Below, in pieces: positions 1 to 12,962 of a stretch of 64,000 nucleotides of DNA. The notes under the pieces are model-generated. The model worked only from the letters and a program-made list of their open reading frames with translations, made no database searches and was not told the origin of the DNA. Positions within the stretch are counted from its first letter, which is position 1, and every line of letters begins with the position of its first letter. Source of the stretch: Aplysia californica (lineage: Eukaryota); assembly GCF_000002075.1 (NCBI RefSeq), contig NW_004797520.1:366072-430071 (forward strand). The letters are read 5' to 3'. The translations under genes and the position numbers were made by a program.

Positions 1-3000
1 TTTCTAGCAAATCCCCATGACTTTTTTTTAGCTCATCCCCAGAGTTCCTCGGTATTTTTTAAGCTTATCCCGAATATTCCCCAGTATTTTCTAGCTCATC
101 CCCAGTATTTTCTAGCTCATCCCCAGTATTTTATAGCTCAACCTTTACATTTTCTGGCTCATCTCCATTATTTCCCTGATTTTTCTATCTCAACCCCAAT
201 ATTTTTTTTCTTTTCCAATATTTTCTAGCTCATCCCCAATATTTTTTTTTGTCTATCCCTAATATTTTCTAGCTTATTCTAAGTATATACTAGATCAACC
301 CGAATATTGTCTAGCTCATTCCCAATATTTTCTAGCTTAACCACATTTTTTTCTAGCTCATCCCTAATATTTTCTAGCTCGTCCCAAGTATTTTCTAGGT
401 TTTCCCTAATATTTTCTAGCTCCATCACCAATATTTTCTAGCTTAAACCTAATATTTTTTTTAGCTTATTCAAAGTATACTCTAGATCAACCCAAATATT
501 TTCTAGCTCATACCCAATATTTTCTAGCATAACCACAATATTTTCTAGCTCATCCCTAATATTTTCTAGCTCCATCACCAATATTTTCTGGCTCAACCCT
601 AACATTTTCTAGCTTATTCCCAGTATATTCTAGATCATCCCTAATATTTTCTAACTCAGCCCCAGTACTTTATAGCTCAACCCTAATAATTTCTAGCGCA
701 TCCCCAATATTCCTCAGTATTTTCTAGATAATTCCCAGTATTTTTTTTTAGCCCATCTCTAATATTTTCTATCTCATGCTCATTGCTTTCTGGCTAATCT
801 CCAGCATTTTCTAAATCAACCTCACTATCTTTTAGTTTATCTCCAGTATTTTCTATATCATACCCAGTATTTTCTAGCTCATCCCAATTTTTTTTAGCTC
901 ATTCATTATATTTTCTAGCTCATCCCCAGTATTTTCTAGCTCATTCACACTATTTTCTAGCTCAACCACAGTATTTTCCAGGTCATCCTTAATATTTTCT
1001 AGCTCATCCCGACTATTTTTAAAAATTTCAATGGTGCCCATACTTTTCTATCTCGTCTCTTATATTTTCTAGCTCGTACAATTTTCATCTCATCCCAAAT
1101 ATTTTCTAGCTCATCCCCAATATTTTTTTTAGTCTATCCCTAATATTTTCTAGCTTATTCTAAGTATATACTAGATCAAACTGAATATTTTCTAGCTCAT
1201 TCCCAATATTTTCTAGCTTAATCACATTTTTTTCTAGCTCATCCCTAATATTTTCTAGCTCGTCCCAAGTATTTTGTAGGTCTTCCCTAATATTTTCTAG
1301 CTCCATCACCAACATTTTTTTAGCTTAACCCTAATATTTTTTAGCTTATTCCAAGTATATTCTAGATCAACCCAAATATTTTCTAGCTCATTCCCAATAT
1401 TTTCTAGCATAACCACAATATTTTCTAGCTCATCCCTAATATTTTCTAGCTCATCACCAATATTTTCTGGCTCAACCCTAATATTTTCTAGCTTATTCCC
1501 AGTATATTCTAGATTATCCCTAATATTTTCTAACTCAGCCCCAGTACTTTATAGCTCAACCCTAATAATTTCTAGCGCATCCCCAGTATTCTTCAGTATC
1601 TTCTAGATAATTCCCAGTATTTTTTTTAGCTCATCTCTAATATTTTCTATCTCATGCTCATTGCTTTCTAGCTAATCTCCAGCATTTTCTAAATCAACCT
1701 CCCTATTTTTTAGTTTATCTCCAGCATTTTCTAGATTATACCCAGTATTTTCTAGCTCATCCCAATTTTTTAAAGCTCATTCATTATATTTTCTAGCTCA
1801 TCCCCAGTATTTTCTAGCTCATTCACACTATTTTCTAGCTCAACCACAGTATTTTCCAGGTCATCTCTAATATTTTCTAGCTCATCCCGACTATTTAAAA
1901 AAATTTCAATGGTGCCCATACTTTTCTATCTCGTCTCTTATATTTTCTAGCTCGTCTCAGAACAATTTTCATCTCATCCCAAATATTTTCTAGCTCAACC
2001 TTGATATTTTTTAGATGATCCCCAAAATTGTCTAAATCATCCCAACTATTTTCTATCAAAACCATGGTCTTTTCTAGATATTCCCCACTACTTTTTAGTT
2101 GATTCCCATTATTTTCTTGTTAATCCTCAGTATTTTATAGCGCAACCTTAAAATTTTCTAGCTCGTCCCCAGTATTTTCTAGCTCAACCCCAATATTTTC
2201 TAGCTGATCCCGAGTATTCCTTAGTATTTTCTAGATCCGTCCCAGTATTTTCCAGTTGATCCCCAACATTTTCTAGCTCCATCCCCAATATTTTCTAGCG
2301 CATCCCCAGTGATTCTCAGTATTTTCTATATCATTTCCAGTATTTTCTAGTTGATCCCCAAAATTTGCCAATATTTTGTAGCCCATCCACAGTATTTTTT
2401 GGCTTATCCCAAGTATTCCCCTGTATATTCTAACTCATCTCCAAAATTTTCTAGCTCAACCCTAATATTTTCTAGCTAATCCCAATGATTTTCTAGCTCA
2501 ACCCTGATACCTAGATAATCCCCAGTTTTGCCTAGTTCACCCCCACTATTTTCTAGCTCATTCCAAATATTTTCTAGCTCATCCCCGGTATTTTATAGTT
2601 TTATAGCTCAACCTTAAATATTTCTAGCCCAATCTCCACTATTTTCTAGCTCTAGCTCATCTCTAATATTTTCTAGCTCATCCCCAATATTTTTAGATCA
2701 ATCCCCAATATTTTCTAGATCTAGTTCCAAACTAATTTTGCTAGCTTATCCCCAATATTTTCTACCTCATCCCTTATACATTCTAGATTCCCAGTATTTT
2801 CTAGCTCAACCCTAATATTTTTAGCTCATCCCCAATATTTTTTAGCTCCTCCCCAGTATCCCTCAATCTTTTCTGGATCATTCCAAGTATTTTCTAGGTG
2901 GTCCTCAAAATTTGCCAGTATTTTTAAGCTGATTCCCAATATTTTCTGGCTTCTCCCACATATTCTCCAGTATTTTCTAGCTCATCTCCAATATTTTCTA

Positions 3001-6000
3001 GCTCAACAACAATATTTTCTACCTCATCCCCAATATTTTCTAGCTCAACCTTGATATTTTCTATATCATCCCCAGCATTGTCTAGATCACCCCCACTATT
3101 TTTTAGTTCATCCCAAGTATTTTCTAGCTAAACCTTACATTTTTCTGGCTCATCCCCACTTATTTCTAACTCAACCACAATATTTTTTTCCTCATCGCTA
3201 ATATTTTTCACATCTTCACAAATATTTTCTAGCTCATCCCTCATATTTTCTAGTTCATTCCCAATATTTTTAAAAATCTCATCTCCAATATTTTCAAGCT
3301 CATCCTCAGTATTCTTTGATCATCCCTAATATTTTGTAGCTCATCCCCAGTATTTTCTAGCTCATCCCCATTACTTTCTAGCTCATTCCCGGTATTTTCT
3401 AAATCATTCTTACTATTTCCTAGTTCATCCCCAGTATTTTTTAGCTCATCCCCAGTATTTGTTTTGCTCATCCCCAATATTTTCTGGCTCATCCACAGTA
3501 TTTTTTTTTTTTTAGCTCATCCGTAATATTTTCTAGCTCATCCCCACTCTTTTCTAGCTCATTCTTTATATTTTCTAGCGCATCCCTTATACTTTCTAGC
3601 TCATCCCTTATACTTTCTAGATCATTCACAATATTTCCTAGCTGATCCCCAAAATTTACCAGTATTGTCTAGCATATATCCCAATACCTTCTGGTTGATC
3701 TTAATTAATCTCCTGTACTTCTTTGCGCATATCCAACATTTTATAGCTCAACCCTAATATTTTCTAGCTCATCCCCAACATTTGTTTTAGCTCATCCCCA
3801 ACATTTTTTAAAGCTCATCCCAAGTATTTTCTTGCTCAACCATGGTATTTTCTAGCTCATCCCCACTATTTCCTAGTTGATCCCCAATATTTTTCAGTTA
3901 ATCCCAGTATTTTATAGCTCAACCTTAAAATTTTATAGCTCATTCCCACTATTTTCGAGTTCAACCACAGTATTTTGCAGCAAATCACTAATATTTTCTA
4001 GCTAGGCCCCAGTATTTTCAAGCTGTTCCCCAATATTTACTAGTTCAATCTCCAATATTTTTAAGCTCAACCCTAATGTTTTCTAGCTCCTTCCTATACT
4101 ATTTTCTAGCTCAACCCTAATATTTTCTAGCTTATTTCCGGTATATTCTAGATCATCCCTAATATTTTTTAGCTCATTATCAGTATTTTCTAGCTCATCC
4201 CCAGTATTTTCTAGCGCATCCCCAATATTCCTCAGTATTTTCTAGATAATTACCAGTATTTTTTTTAGCTCATCCCTAATATTTTCTATCTCATGCTCAT
4301 TATTTTCTAGCTAATCCCTAGCATTTTCTAGATCAACCTCACAATTTTCTAGTTTATCTCCAGTGTTTTCTAGATCACACCCATTATTTTGTAGCTCATC
4401 CCAATTATTTTTTTTAGCTCACCCATAATATTTTCTAGCTCATCCCAAGTATTTTCTAGCTCATCCCCAGTATTTTCTAGCGCATCCCCAGTATTTCCTG
4501 GATAATTCCCTGTATTTTCTAGCTGATCTACAAAATTTGCCTGTATTTTCTAGCTCACCTCCAATATTTTCTCCCAAATATTCCGCACTATACGTTAACT
4601 AATCTCCAACATGTTCTAGCCTAACCCTAATATTTTTTAGCTAATCCCCAGTATTTTCTAGCTCAACCCTGATACTTTGTGGATCATCCCCAGCATTGTC
4701 TTGATCATCCCCACTATTGTCTAGTTCATCCCAAGTATTTTCTAGCTCATCCCCGGTATTTTATAGCTCAGCCTTAAATATTTCTAGCTCCTCCCCACTA
4801 TTTTCTAGCTCAGTCAAATTATTTTCTAGTTCATAACTAATATTTTTCACGTCATCACAAATATTTTCTAGCTCATCTCTAATATTGTCATATATTTTCT
4901 AGTTCATTCCCAATATTTTTTATCACATCCCCAATATTTGTAAACTCGATTACAATATTCCCCACACATTTTTATCTCATTACCAATATTTTTTATCTCA
5001 TCTCCAGTATTGTCTAACTCATCCCTAATATTTTTTAGCTCCTCCCAAGTATTTTCTAGCTTAACCCCAATATATTCTAGCTGATTCACAGTATTCCTCA
5101 GTATTTCTAAATCATTCCAATATTTTCTAGCTGATCCCCAAAATTTACCAGTATTTTCTAGCCCACTCCCAATATCTTCTGGCCTGTCCCAACATTTTCT
5201 AGCTCAACCCTTATATTTTTAGTTCATCGATCCCCAGTATTTTATATTTCCACCTTAAAATGTTTTAGCTCATCCCTATTATTTTTTAAAGCTCAGCCAC
5301 AGTATTTTCTAGCTCATCCCTAATATTTTCTAGCTCGTCCCCAGTATTTTCCAACTCATCCCTAATATTTTCTAGCTCGTCCCCAGTATTTTCCAACTCA
5401 TCCCTAATATTTTCTAACCACCCCCAGCATTGTCTAGATCATCAACACTATTTTCTAGTTCATTCCAAGTATTTTCTAGCTCATCCCAAGTACAGTATTT
5501 TTTTTATAGCTTAACCTCAGTATTTTCGAGCTCATCACGAATTTTTTTCACCTCATCACATACATTTTCTAGCTCATTCCTAACATTTTCTAGTTTTTTT
5601 CCCAATATTCGTTATCACATCCCCAATATTTTCTAGCTTATCCTATATTATATTCCATAGAGTTTTCTTTCCCATTCCCAATATTTTAAAATCTTATGTT
5701 CAATATTTTCTAGCTTATACCCAGTATTTTTTGCTCATTCCTAATATTTACTAGCTCATCCCCAGTATTTTCTAACCCATACCCAGTATTTTTTAAAGCT
5801 CATTTCTAATATTACTAGCTCATTTGCATTACTTACTAGCTCATTCCCAGCATTTTCCAGATCATCCTCACTATTTTTTAGTTCATCCCCAGTATTTTCT
5901 AGTTCTAGCTCATCCCCATTATTTTCTAGCTCCTCACTAATACTTTCTAGCTCAACCCCAATATTTTTTAGCTCGTCCGTAATATTTTCTAGCTCATTCC

Positions 6001-7980
6001 CAGTATTTTTTAAGCTCGTCCCCAGTATTTTCGAGCTCATCTTGTATATTTTATAGCTTACCCTTTTCACTTTCTAGATCATTCCAAAATTTTCTAGCTC
6101 ATCCCCAGCATTTTCTAGCTCATACTCATCCTTTATATTTTAAATACTTTTTAAAATCATTCCCAATATTTTCTGGCTGATCTCCAAATTTTACCAGTAT
6201 TTTCTAGCCCACCCCCAATATCTTCTGGCTTATCCCAAATATTACCCAGTATTTTTTAGCACATCTCCAACATTTTCTTGCTCAACCATAAAATTTTCTA
6301 GCTCATCCTCAGTATTTTTAGCTCATCCCCAGTATTTTCCAGCTCAACCTTAATATTTTCTAGCTCATCCCCAGTATTTTCTAGCTCTACCCTGATATTT
6401 TTAGATCATCAGCAGCGTTGTCTAGATCATCCCCACTATTTTCTAGCTCATCCCCAGTATTTTATAGCTCATCCCCATGATTTTCTAGCTCGTCCCCAGT
6501 GTTCCCCAATATTTTCTGGCTTATCCCAAATATTCCCCAGTATTTTCTAGCTCAACCCTAATATTTTCTAGCTCATCCCCAGTTTTATCTGTATCCTAAT
6601 ATAATCGATATCATCCCTACTATTTTCTAGTTTATCCCCAGTACTTTCTAGATCATCCCCACTATTTTCTAGTTCATCCGCAGTATTTTCTAACTCATCC
6701 CCAGTACATTGGTATTTTATAGTTCACCCTTAACAGTAACAGCTCATCCCCAATATTTTTGAAAAGACCAAAGGTCCTCAAACTTTTTTATCTCGTCCCC
6801 CAATATTTTCTAGCTCACCTCCAACATTTCTAATTTAATCCCAAATATTTTCTTGGTGATCCCTAATATTTTCTAGTTAATTCCCAACATTTTCTAGCTC
6901 ACCCCAATATTTTTCATCTTATTCTTAACTTATCCCCAATATTTTCTACTTCATCCCCAATATTTTCTAACTCATCCTCAATTATACTCAATACATGTAT
7001 GTAGTAATTAATTTATAACTCATCCCCATTATTCCTCAAACTTTTTATCTTATTACCAATACTTTTTAGATTATCCCCATAATTTTCTGTCTCATCCCCA
7101 ATAATTTCTATCGCATCCCCAATATTTTTAAAAATCTCATCCACAATAGGCCTACTTTCTATGTCATCCACAATGTTTTCTATGTCATCCAGAGTATTTT
7201 CTAGCTCATCCCTAATAATATTTTTTAGCTCGTCCCCAGTATTTTCTTGCTTACCGGTATCCCTTATATTTTCTAGCTCAACCCTGATATTTTCTAGCTT
7301 ATCCCCAGTATTTTCTAACTCATCCCTTGTATTTTCTAGCTCCATTCCAGGTATTTTCAAGGTAATCTCCAGTATTTTCTAGCTCATTTCTAAATATTTT
7401 CTTGCTCATCCCTTATATTTTCTAGATCATTCCTAATATTTTCTAGCTGATCCTCAAAATTTGCCAATATTTTCTAGCCCATCCCCATATTTTCTGGCTT
7501 ATCCCAATTATCTGTCCCAGCGGTTATATATGCCAAAAAAATTCTGAAATTATGCAAACTGAGCCCCAAAATGTGAAATTATGCGATTCTGTTTGTTAAT
7601 CTTAACAAAGAATGATAAAGGAAAATAATCAGAAATTATACAAAAAATGATGAAATTTTGCTAAATTATGCGGGGTGCATGAAACCACGGGGACAAGGTA
7701 TTTTCTAGCTCAACCCTAATATTTTCTACATCATCCCCAGTATTTCTTAGCCCATCCCCAGTATTTTATAGCTCAACCTTAAGATTTTCTAGCTCATCCC
7801 CAGTATTTTCTAGCTCAACCCTAATCTAAATTATCCCCATAATTTTCTATCTCACCCCCAGCATTTTATTTTCTAGTAGATCATCCCCCGCATTTTTCTA
7901 GATCATCCCCACTATTTTCCAGTTTATCCCCATGGGAGTATTTTCTAGCTCAAACTTTATCATCCCCACTATTTTATAAA
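1..7980. repeat. Degenerate 21-bp tandem satellite, consensus TAGCTCATCCCCAGTATTTTC
   Basis: Hundreds of diverged copies read directly. Includes a ~880-bp higher-order duplication (about 220-1100 vs 1100-1985). Confidence 0.97.
7512..7696. mobile_element. MITE family B copy inserted in the satellite
   Basis: Degenerate TIR CTGTCCCCGTGGTTTTATGCA and internal sequence matching five other copies in the window. Confidence 0.85.
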
Positions 7981-8420
7981 ATTTAAGACAGACAGATAGA
8001 CACACAGACAGGAACAAAAGAGGGAAAGAAAGAAAGTAGAACTTACCAGTGACGCCCTCCAACCACTGGCCTGTAATCAGTATGCTGATAACAAAACAGT
8101 ACGCCTAGATCTATCCTATAATAGAAAATAGACGCACGGTTTCCTAAGAATGGAAGAGGTAGGCCACGGTATAAACTAAACCTGTACTATCACTCTTATC
8201 AGTAGAAACATGGTGTAATCCAACAAGAATAAAAATGTCACTAGATAGTCAAGCTGCAGTGTAGTCATCATCACGTCATGACTACATACATAAGGCCTAC
8301 TACATGGAACATTCCCTAGGCCTACATAATTATTATTATTATATCACTTGAATATAATATGTGCTCGTGAGTGTATGTGCCCATTATTATATATAAATAA
8401 ATATAATATATATATTAATG

Positions 8421-8520
8421 NNNNNNNNNNNNNNNNNNNNNNNNNNNNNNNNNNNNNNNNNNNNNNNNNNNNNNNNNNNNNNNNNNNNNNNNNNNNNNNN
8501 NNNNNNNNNNNNNNNNNNNN
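8421..8520. other. Assembly gap (others at 14356-14559, 17483-17610, 29603-30211)
   Basis: Runs of N. Confidence 1.
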
Positions 8521-9380
8521 CTTATTTAGGCCACCTGTGGCCTAAATAAGCTAAACCCCCCTCCCTTACCTTATTTAGGCCCAAATAAGCACTCCCTATA
8601 TTAATATGTGTGTGACTGGGAAAAGGGTCCACATGTAGCACAGACTTATTTAACGAAAATTCGGAAAATAGTGAAAAATCTTCGAAATTTGAGACTCGTA
8701 ATCGTAAGGATATCATCAGCTCATCAACCATTGTTCTCCATCCTCACAAAATATTTCATGCCAATTTTTCTTCTAAGTATGTTTTAACTTTTTAAAAGCG
8801 TTAAAAAATATGTATCCATTACTATCACGTACAATACGAAATGAGGTTGATTTTTTACATTTTTCTCAAAGTAGGCTACTAATTGGTCCACTCCTTACTC
8901 ACAAAAGTGACCATATATCTCAAAAACTATTTGAGATATCTGAACCCCCCCCCCCCACACCAAAAAACCAGAGGCACCAGGAAAAGCTATTATTCTATAC
9001 AGCAATGCAATAAAATACAACAGTAAAAAATATATACATGTACTATATAATATATGGCACACATGTGGACCCTTTTTTCAATCTCAGGCACGCACTCATA
9101 TTTATTTATTATACACATAAGCCTATGTGTTTTTACGACTAACTTAAAAAAAAAAACTATGACTATGACTTGACTTTGATCAAGCATTGCTCCTTCAGAG
9201 CAACATACGGCAAGGCTAAGGTTTGTGTTGTAGTGGTTTACATTGTTTATATATATATATATTTCATGCCACCGTGGGGACTGCGCACAGACACAGATAT
9301 AATATTTTACGCTCACGTGTGCCAAAACATGATGTTATATTATCTCATGCACATTTTTGTTGCATTGGTTCACACTCTCC

Positions 9381-9570
9381 GAGGTGGCGTCGGTAGCCTA
9401 GTGGTTAGGCTACCGGACTCATAATCTTGAGATTGCGGATTCGGGGGTTCGAGCCTCAGCTCAGTCCGACGTTGTGTCCTTGGGAAAGGCACTTTACACG
9501 AACTTCCCACTTGGCTCGGTCCTATCGGAGACGGACGTTAAATTAGGAGGTCCCGCCTCTTAAATAACCT
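9381..9570 (+). mobile_element. tRNA-derived SINE
   Basis: A-box-like TAGCCTAGTGGTT, B-box GGTTCGAGCC, then core GTTGTGTCCTTGGGAAAGGCACTT, also found at ~17110 (+) and ~14170 (-). Confidence 0.75.
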
Positions 9571-9639
9571 AATAGTGTTGATAGGGGCGTTAAACTCATA
9601 CCATTTCACCATTTTTTCACACTCTCCGTGTGTTTTACG

Positions 9640-9925
9640 TTTTAGTAAGTGTTTTACTAGCACTTGCAACACAATAAGGTCGTATAAGTGCCGAAGGTTT
9701 AGAGGTGTTACAAGAGAGTAACAAACACAAAAAAGAAAAATGGGAGATAAAGACAATAGATGTTTCACAGGAAAGAAGAAGATAACCCACACCAGAGCAC
9801 CCGCCAACCACCCATGGATACTGATACAGAATATTAAAAAAGTTTTAGTAAGAGTTTTACGGCACTTGCAACAAGAGGAGTTATAAGAGAGTAACAAACA
9901 CAAAAAAGGAGGGGAGATAAAGACA
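9640..9925 (-). mobile_element. Family A short retroposon, full copy (9640-9817) plus partial copy
   Basis: Matches consensus GTGGGTGGTTGGCGGGTGCTCTGG...CGGCACTT..AAGTGCCGTAAAACTCTTACTAAAAC on the minus strand. Confidence 0.9.
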
Positions 9926-10389
9926 GCAAATTATTTAACTACTGTATATTTTATTATCCACCATCTGTGGGCTCAAAGCCAGACTCTTGGCCATGCAGCA
10001 AGCCACAGGTGAGAAGTTACCCTAGATGACTATGACTATGACATTTATCCAGTATCCCCAGCAGTGTCATGTCGTACACCGTACAGGAACTCTTGAGACG
10101 GTACCCCACGCAGCCAAAGTTGGCCCTGACGAGTCAGACAAGCCAGGGGAGAAATAACTTATCACGCTAAATTATCTCTCAATTGTGTCAATAGGGTGTA
10201 GAAAATATATATATATGAGCTTTCATCATCATTATGGTGATAAAGATTAGAATTTTAATTTCGCTGCTGGGTAGCGGGTTCACAATGAGCGAACGAGGCA
10301 AACATTTTTTTGTGCCAGGAGTAGGAAATGATTATTATAAATCGAAAAAGAAGAAAAGCAAACCACATCAAGGCACTCGCCAACCGTAA

Positions 10390-10843
10390 TATGTGAGGCA
10401 TCGTGGTGAAATCAGGCGCTGGTCAAAATAATGAAATCAAAGAAAAAGACATTTTCCGCCAGTTTAGAAATTTTTATCGATTTTTCGTTTTTTAGCCCAA
10501 ACCTTTTATGTCCATATATATAAAAACACATTCCCATGTAAATCTGGCTGAAAAATGTTGATTAAAGGCATAACATGTAGTTTTTCAGTCCTCAAGGACT
10601 CAAAAACTATTGAAATTACCAAACTTTGGCGACCATTTTCTCGCTAATTTTACCACTGAAACCAGGCTGCCCCACTTACTTCAATCTCAAATTTCTCAAC
10701 TTCTATTCATTGTCAAGATAGATGGGTATTTTTTTTCATTGAAAGCAAGGCAAATGAATAAGCTTTCCCATTATACAGGTTACTTGAAATGCCAAAAACA
10801 TTTAATTTACGGGCGTCTGATTCCACAGCGTCGAGACACATAT
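10390..10843. mobile_element. Repeat family C (~450 bp, probable non-autonomous DNA element); also at ~19108-19560 and ~40415-40876
   Basis: Three alignable copies starting GGCATCGTGGTGAAATCAGGCG, with an imperfect inverted CGCCTGATTCCAC end. Confidence 0.75.
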
Positions 10844-12782
10844 AATAAGAGAGTAAGAGGATGACAGAGTGATGGGGGTGGTGGATTCGGTTCTGTTCTG
10901 TATAAGTCGCGATCTTAGTGCTTTCTTGTCGTATCTCCATATTTTTAAACAGTGAAAATGTGACATCTTCTTAAGCTCACTCTTTATGAACTGTTTTCAC
11001 TGTTATTAAAAATGGAGACAGGAAAAGAAAGCGCTGGGGTCGCGTAAGTACATGTATTTAGTACAGTACAGGAAAGAAAGAGCAAACCACATGCAGAGAG
11101 CACCTGCCAAACACCCATCACCACAAAGAAGCAGATGGAATATTGTAAAGAGATAGACAAGGATATGGTACCATATTTGTAACTTTATTTGTAGTCCCAG
11201 TTGCCGTAAGTGAATGGCAAATTATTATAATTACAAGTAAATGTATTGTGAAACTTGCATCAACCATCATTCACAACGAGTTCCGAGACAATATTCCATC
11301 TGTTCTTCTTCATTGAAGTTGAAGGCATTAGATTTTAGAAGATGCAGTTTGGTTAAGGAAATATAATATTCAACAATGCCCCCCCCCAAAAAAAACAACT
11401 GAACAAAGAAATAAACTTGGATTTTTCAATACATCTTTCATTGTCATTTGATGTGTACACGAGTACAAAACAAAAGCCCACAGGATAAACCACTCTTGGA
11501 ATGAAAGTCTGCATCAACAGTATTCATTATCAAATATAATAATTTCAAACAAAAGAAAATCTGTTTCACACTTGACAAATATATTCACATCCCTTAGTAT
11601 ATCAATTGCTGCATAAGCTTTCTTTCTCTGAAAACAAACCATAGAGGAGTTTAGAACAAAAAGCACAAAACAATGATCAGCAGCATTTCCTACCATGGGG
11701 GGAGGGGATGAATGAAGCAGTCACACCAAAATGTATTATAATTTATTTTAAAACAAATTTTTTGGACCTTCCATCAATTCAATTATGAAATCATGTCGGT
11801 GTCAATGAGGACAGATCGCACATACAACAACTAACAAGGCAGCACAACTCTCCAAGTGTCAGATAATACTTAATTGAGCATATAACATAACGCTGCAATC
11901 AGAAGCACAAGTTCATGATTCCTAAACTAGAGAGATCCGGATTTTTTTTTGGGGGGGGGGGGGGGGGGGAGGGGGTGTTTTTCCCACGTTTTAAACAGTA
12001 CATGTATTAAATAGTATCATCACAAACTACAACAAAAGATTATGAATCACTTTAACAGGCTATAGGATAATAACAGAGCTAAGTTCAGCGCATCACACCT
12101 ACATTGACACTGAACACTGGACTTACACCGAACGAACTTCCAACAACAAGGAAAACTCCGCTACTTGACCAAAGCTCCTAAACCAACAAACTGTTCTTTC
12201 CATAACATTAACACAGGGCTAACTTATTCTATTAAGAAAGAAACAGACCAAGCAGTGAATAATAATAGAACAAAAGCAATATTAAAGGTAAGTAAAAGTT
12301 AACATCATGCTTCAAATTAACACAGTTATCTTTAAAAGTAAAGATTGAGTATTTCTATAGTATTTCAGAGCAACAGCTACATGACATGTACTTAGAGGCC
12401 TACTTTAGTACTATCATTTCAAAGTATAATTTTAAAATATGAATTCTAATATCACCAAAATTTAAAGGACAATGGGTCAAAATACAACATGATCATGAAA
12501 CTCAAGGCAGAAAAATGTAAAAGGCCATCTCTAAGAAAGACATAAGAAACACAAACACCACAGAACAAATAAAACAGGTGAAAAAAGGCCCCAATAATAT
12601 GACGAGAACGACCAAGGCAGGTGGAAAAGTCCTTCTACTCGTATCCTCATTTTTATCATGAGGAGTAACTGTTGTTCAATTACAAGAAAATGTATTAGAC
12701 ACGCCAAATTCAACTCTTCAGAGTAATAACATTTGAATGATGTTTCTCTATATATATATCAAAGTATTCAAAGAGTACATGT

Positions 12783-12962
12783 CTTTTAGTTTTAGTGAAA
12801 GTTTTACGGCATTTGCAACACAATAAGGTCATGTAAGTGCCGATGATTAGAGGTGTTACAAGAGAGTAACAAACACAAAATAGAAGGAGGAGAGATAAGG
12901 ACAATAGATGTTTGATAGCGAAGAGGAAGCAAACCACACCAGAGCACCTGCCAACCACCCAC
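12783..12962 (-). mobile_element. Family A retroposon
   Basis: Full-length match to the family A consensus. Confidence 0.92.

Noticed and set aside
3250-7382. ORFs with ELENTGD heptads or Ser/Phe-rich translations
   Set aside because: By-products of the 21-bp satellite; frames are broken by frequent indels and there is no exon structure.
1-7980. CRISPR-like regular repeats
   Set aside because: Contiguous tandem monomers with no unique spacers, in a spliced eukaryotic context.
10110-10155. CTGACGAG...GAAA resembling a hammerhead ribozyme core
   Set aside because: No viable stem II directly before a GAAA, and no stem I/III pairing could be built.
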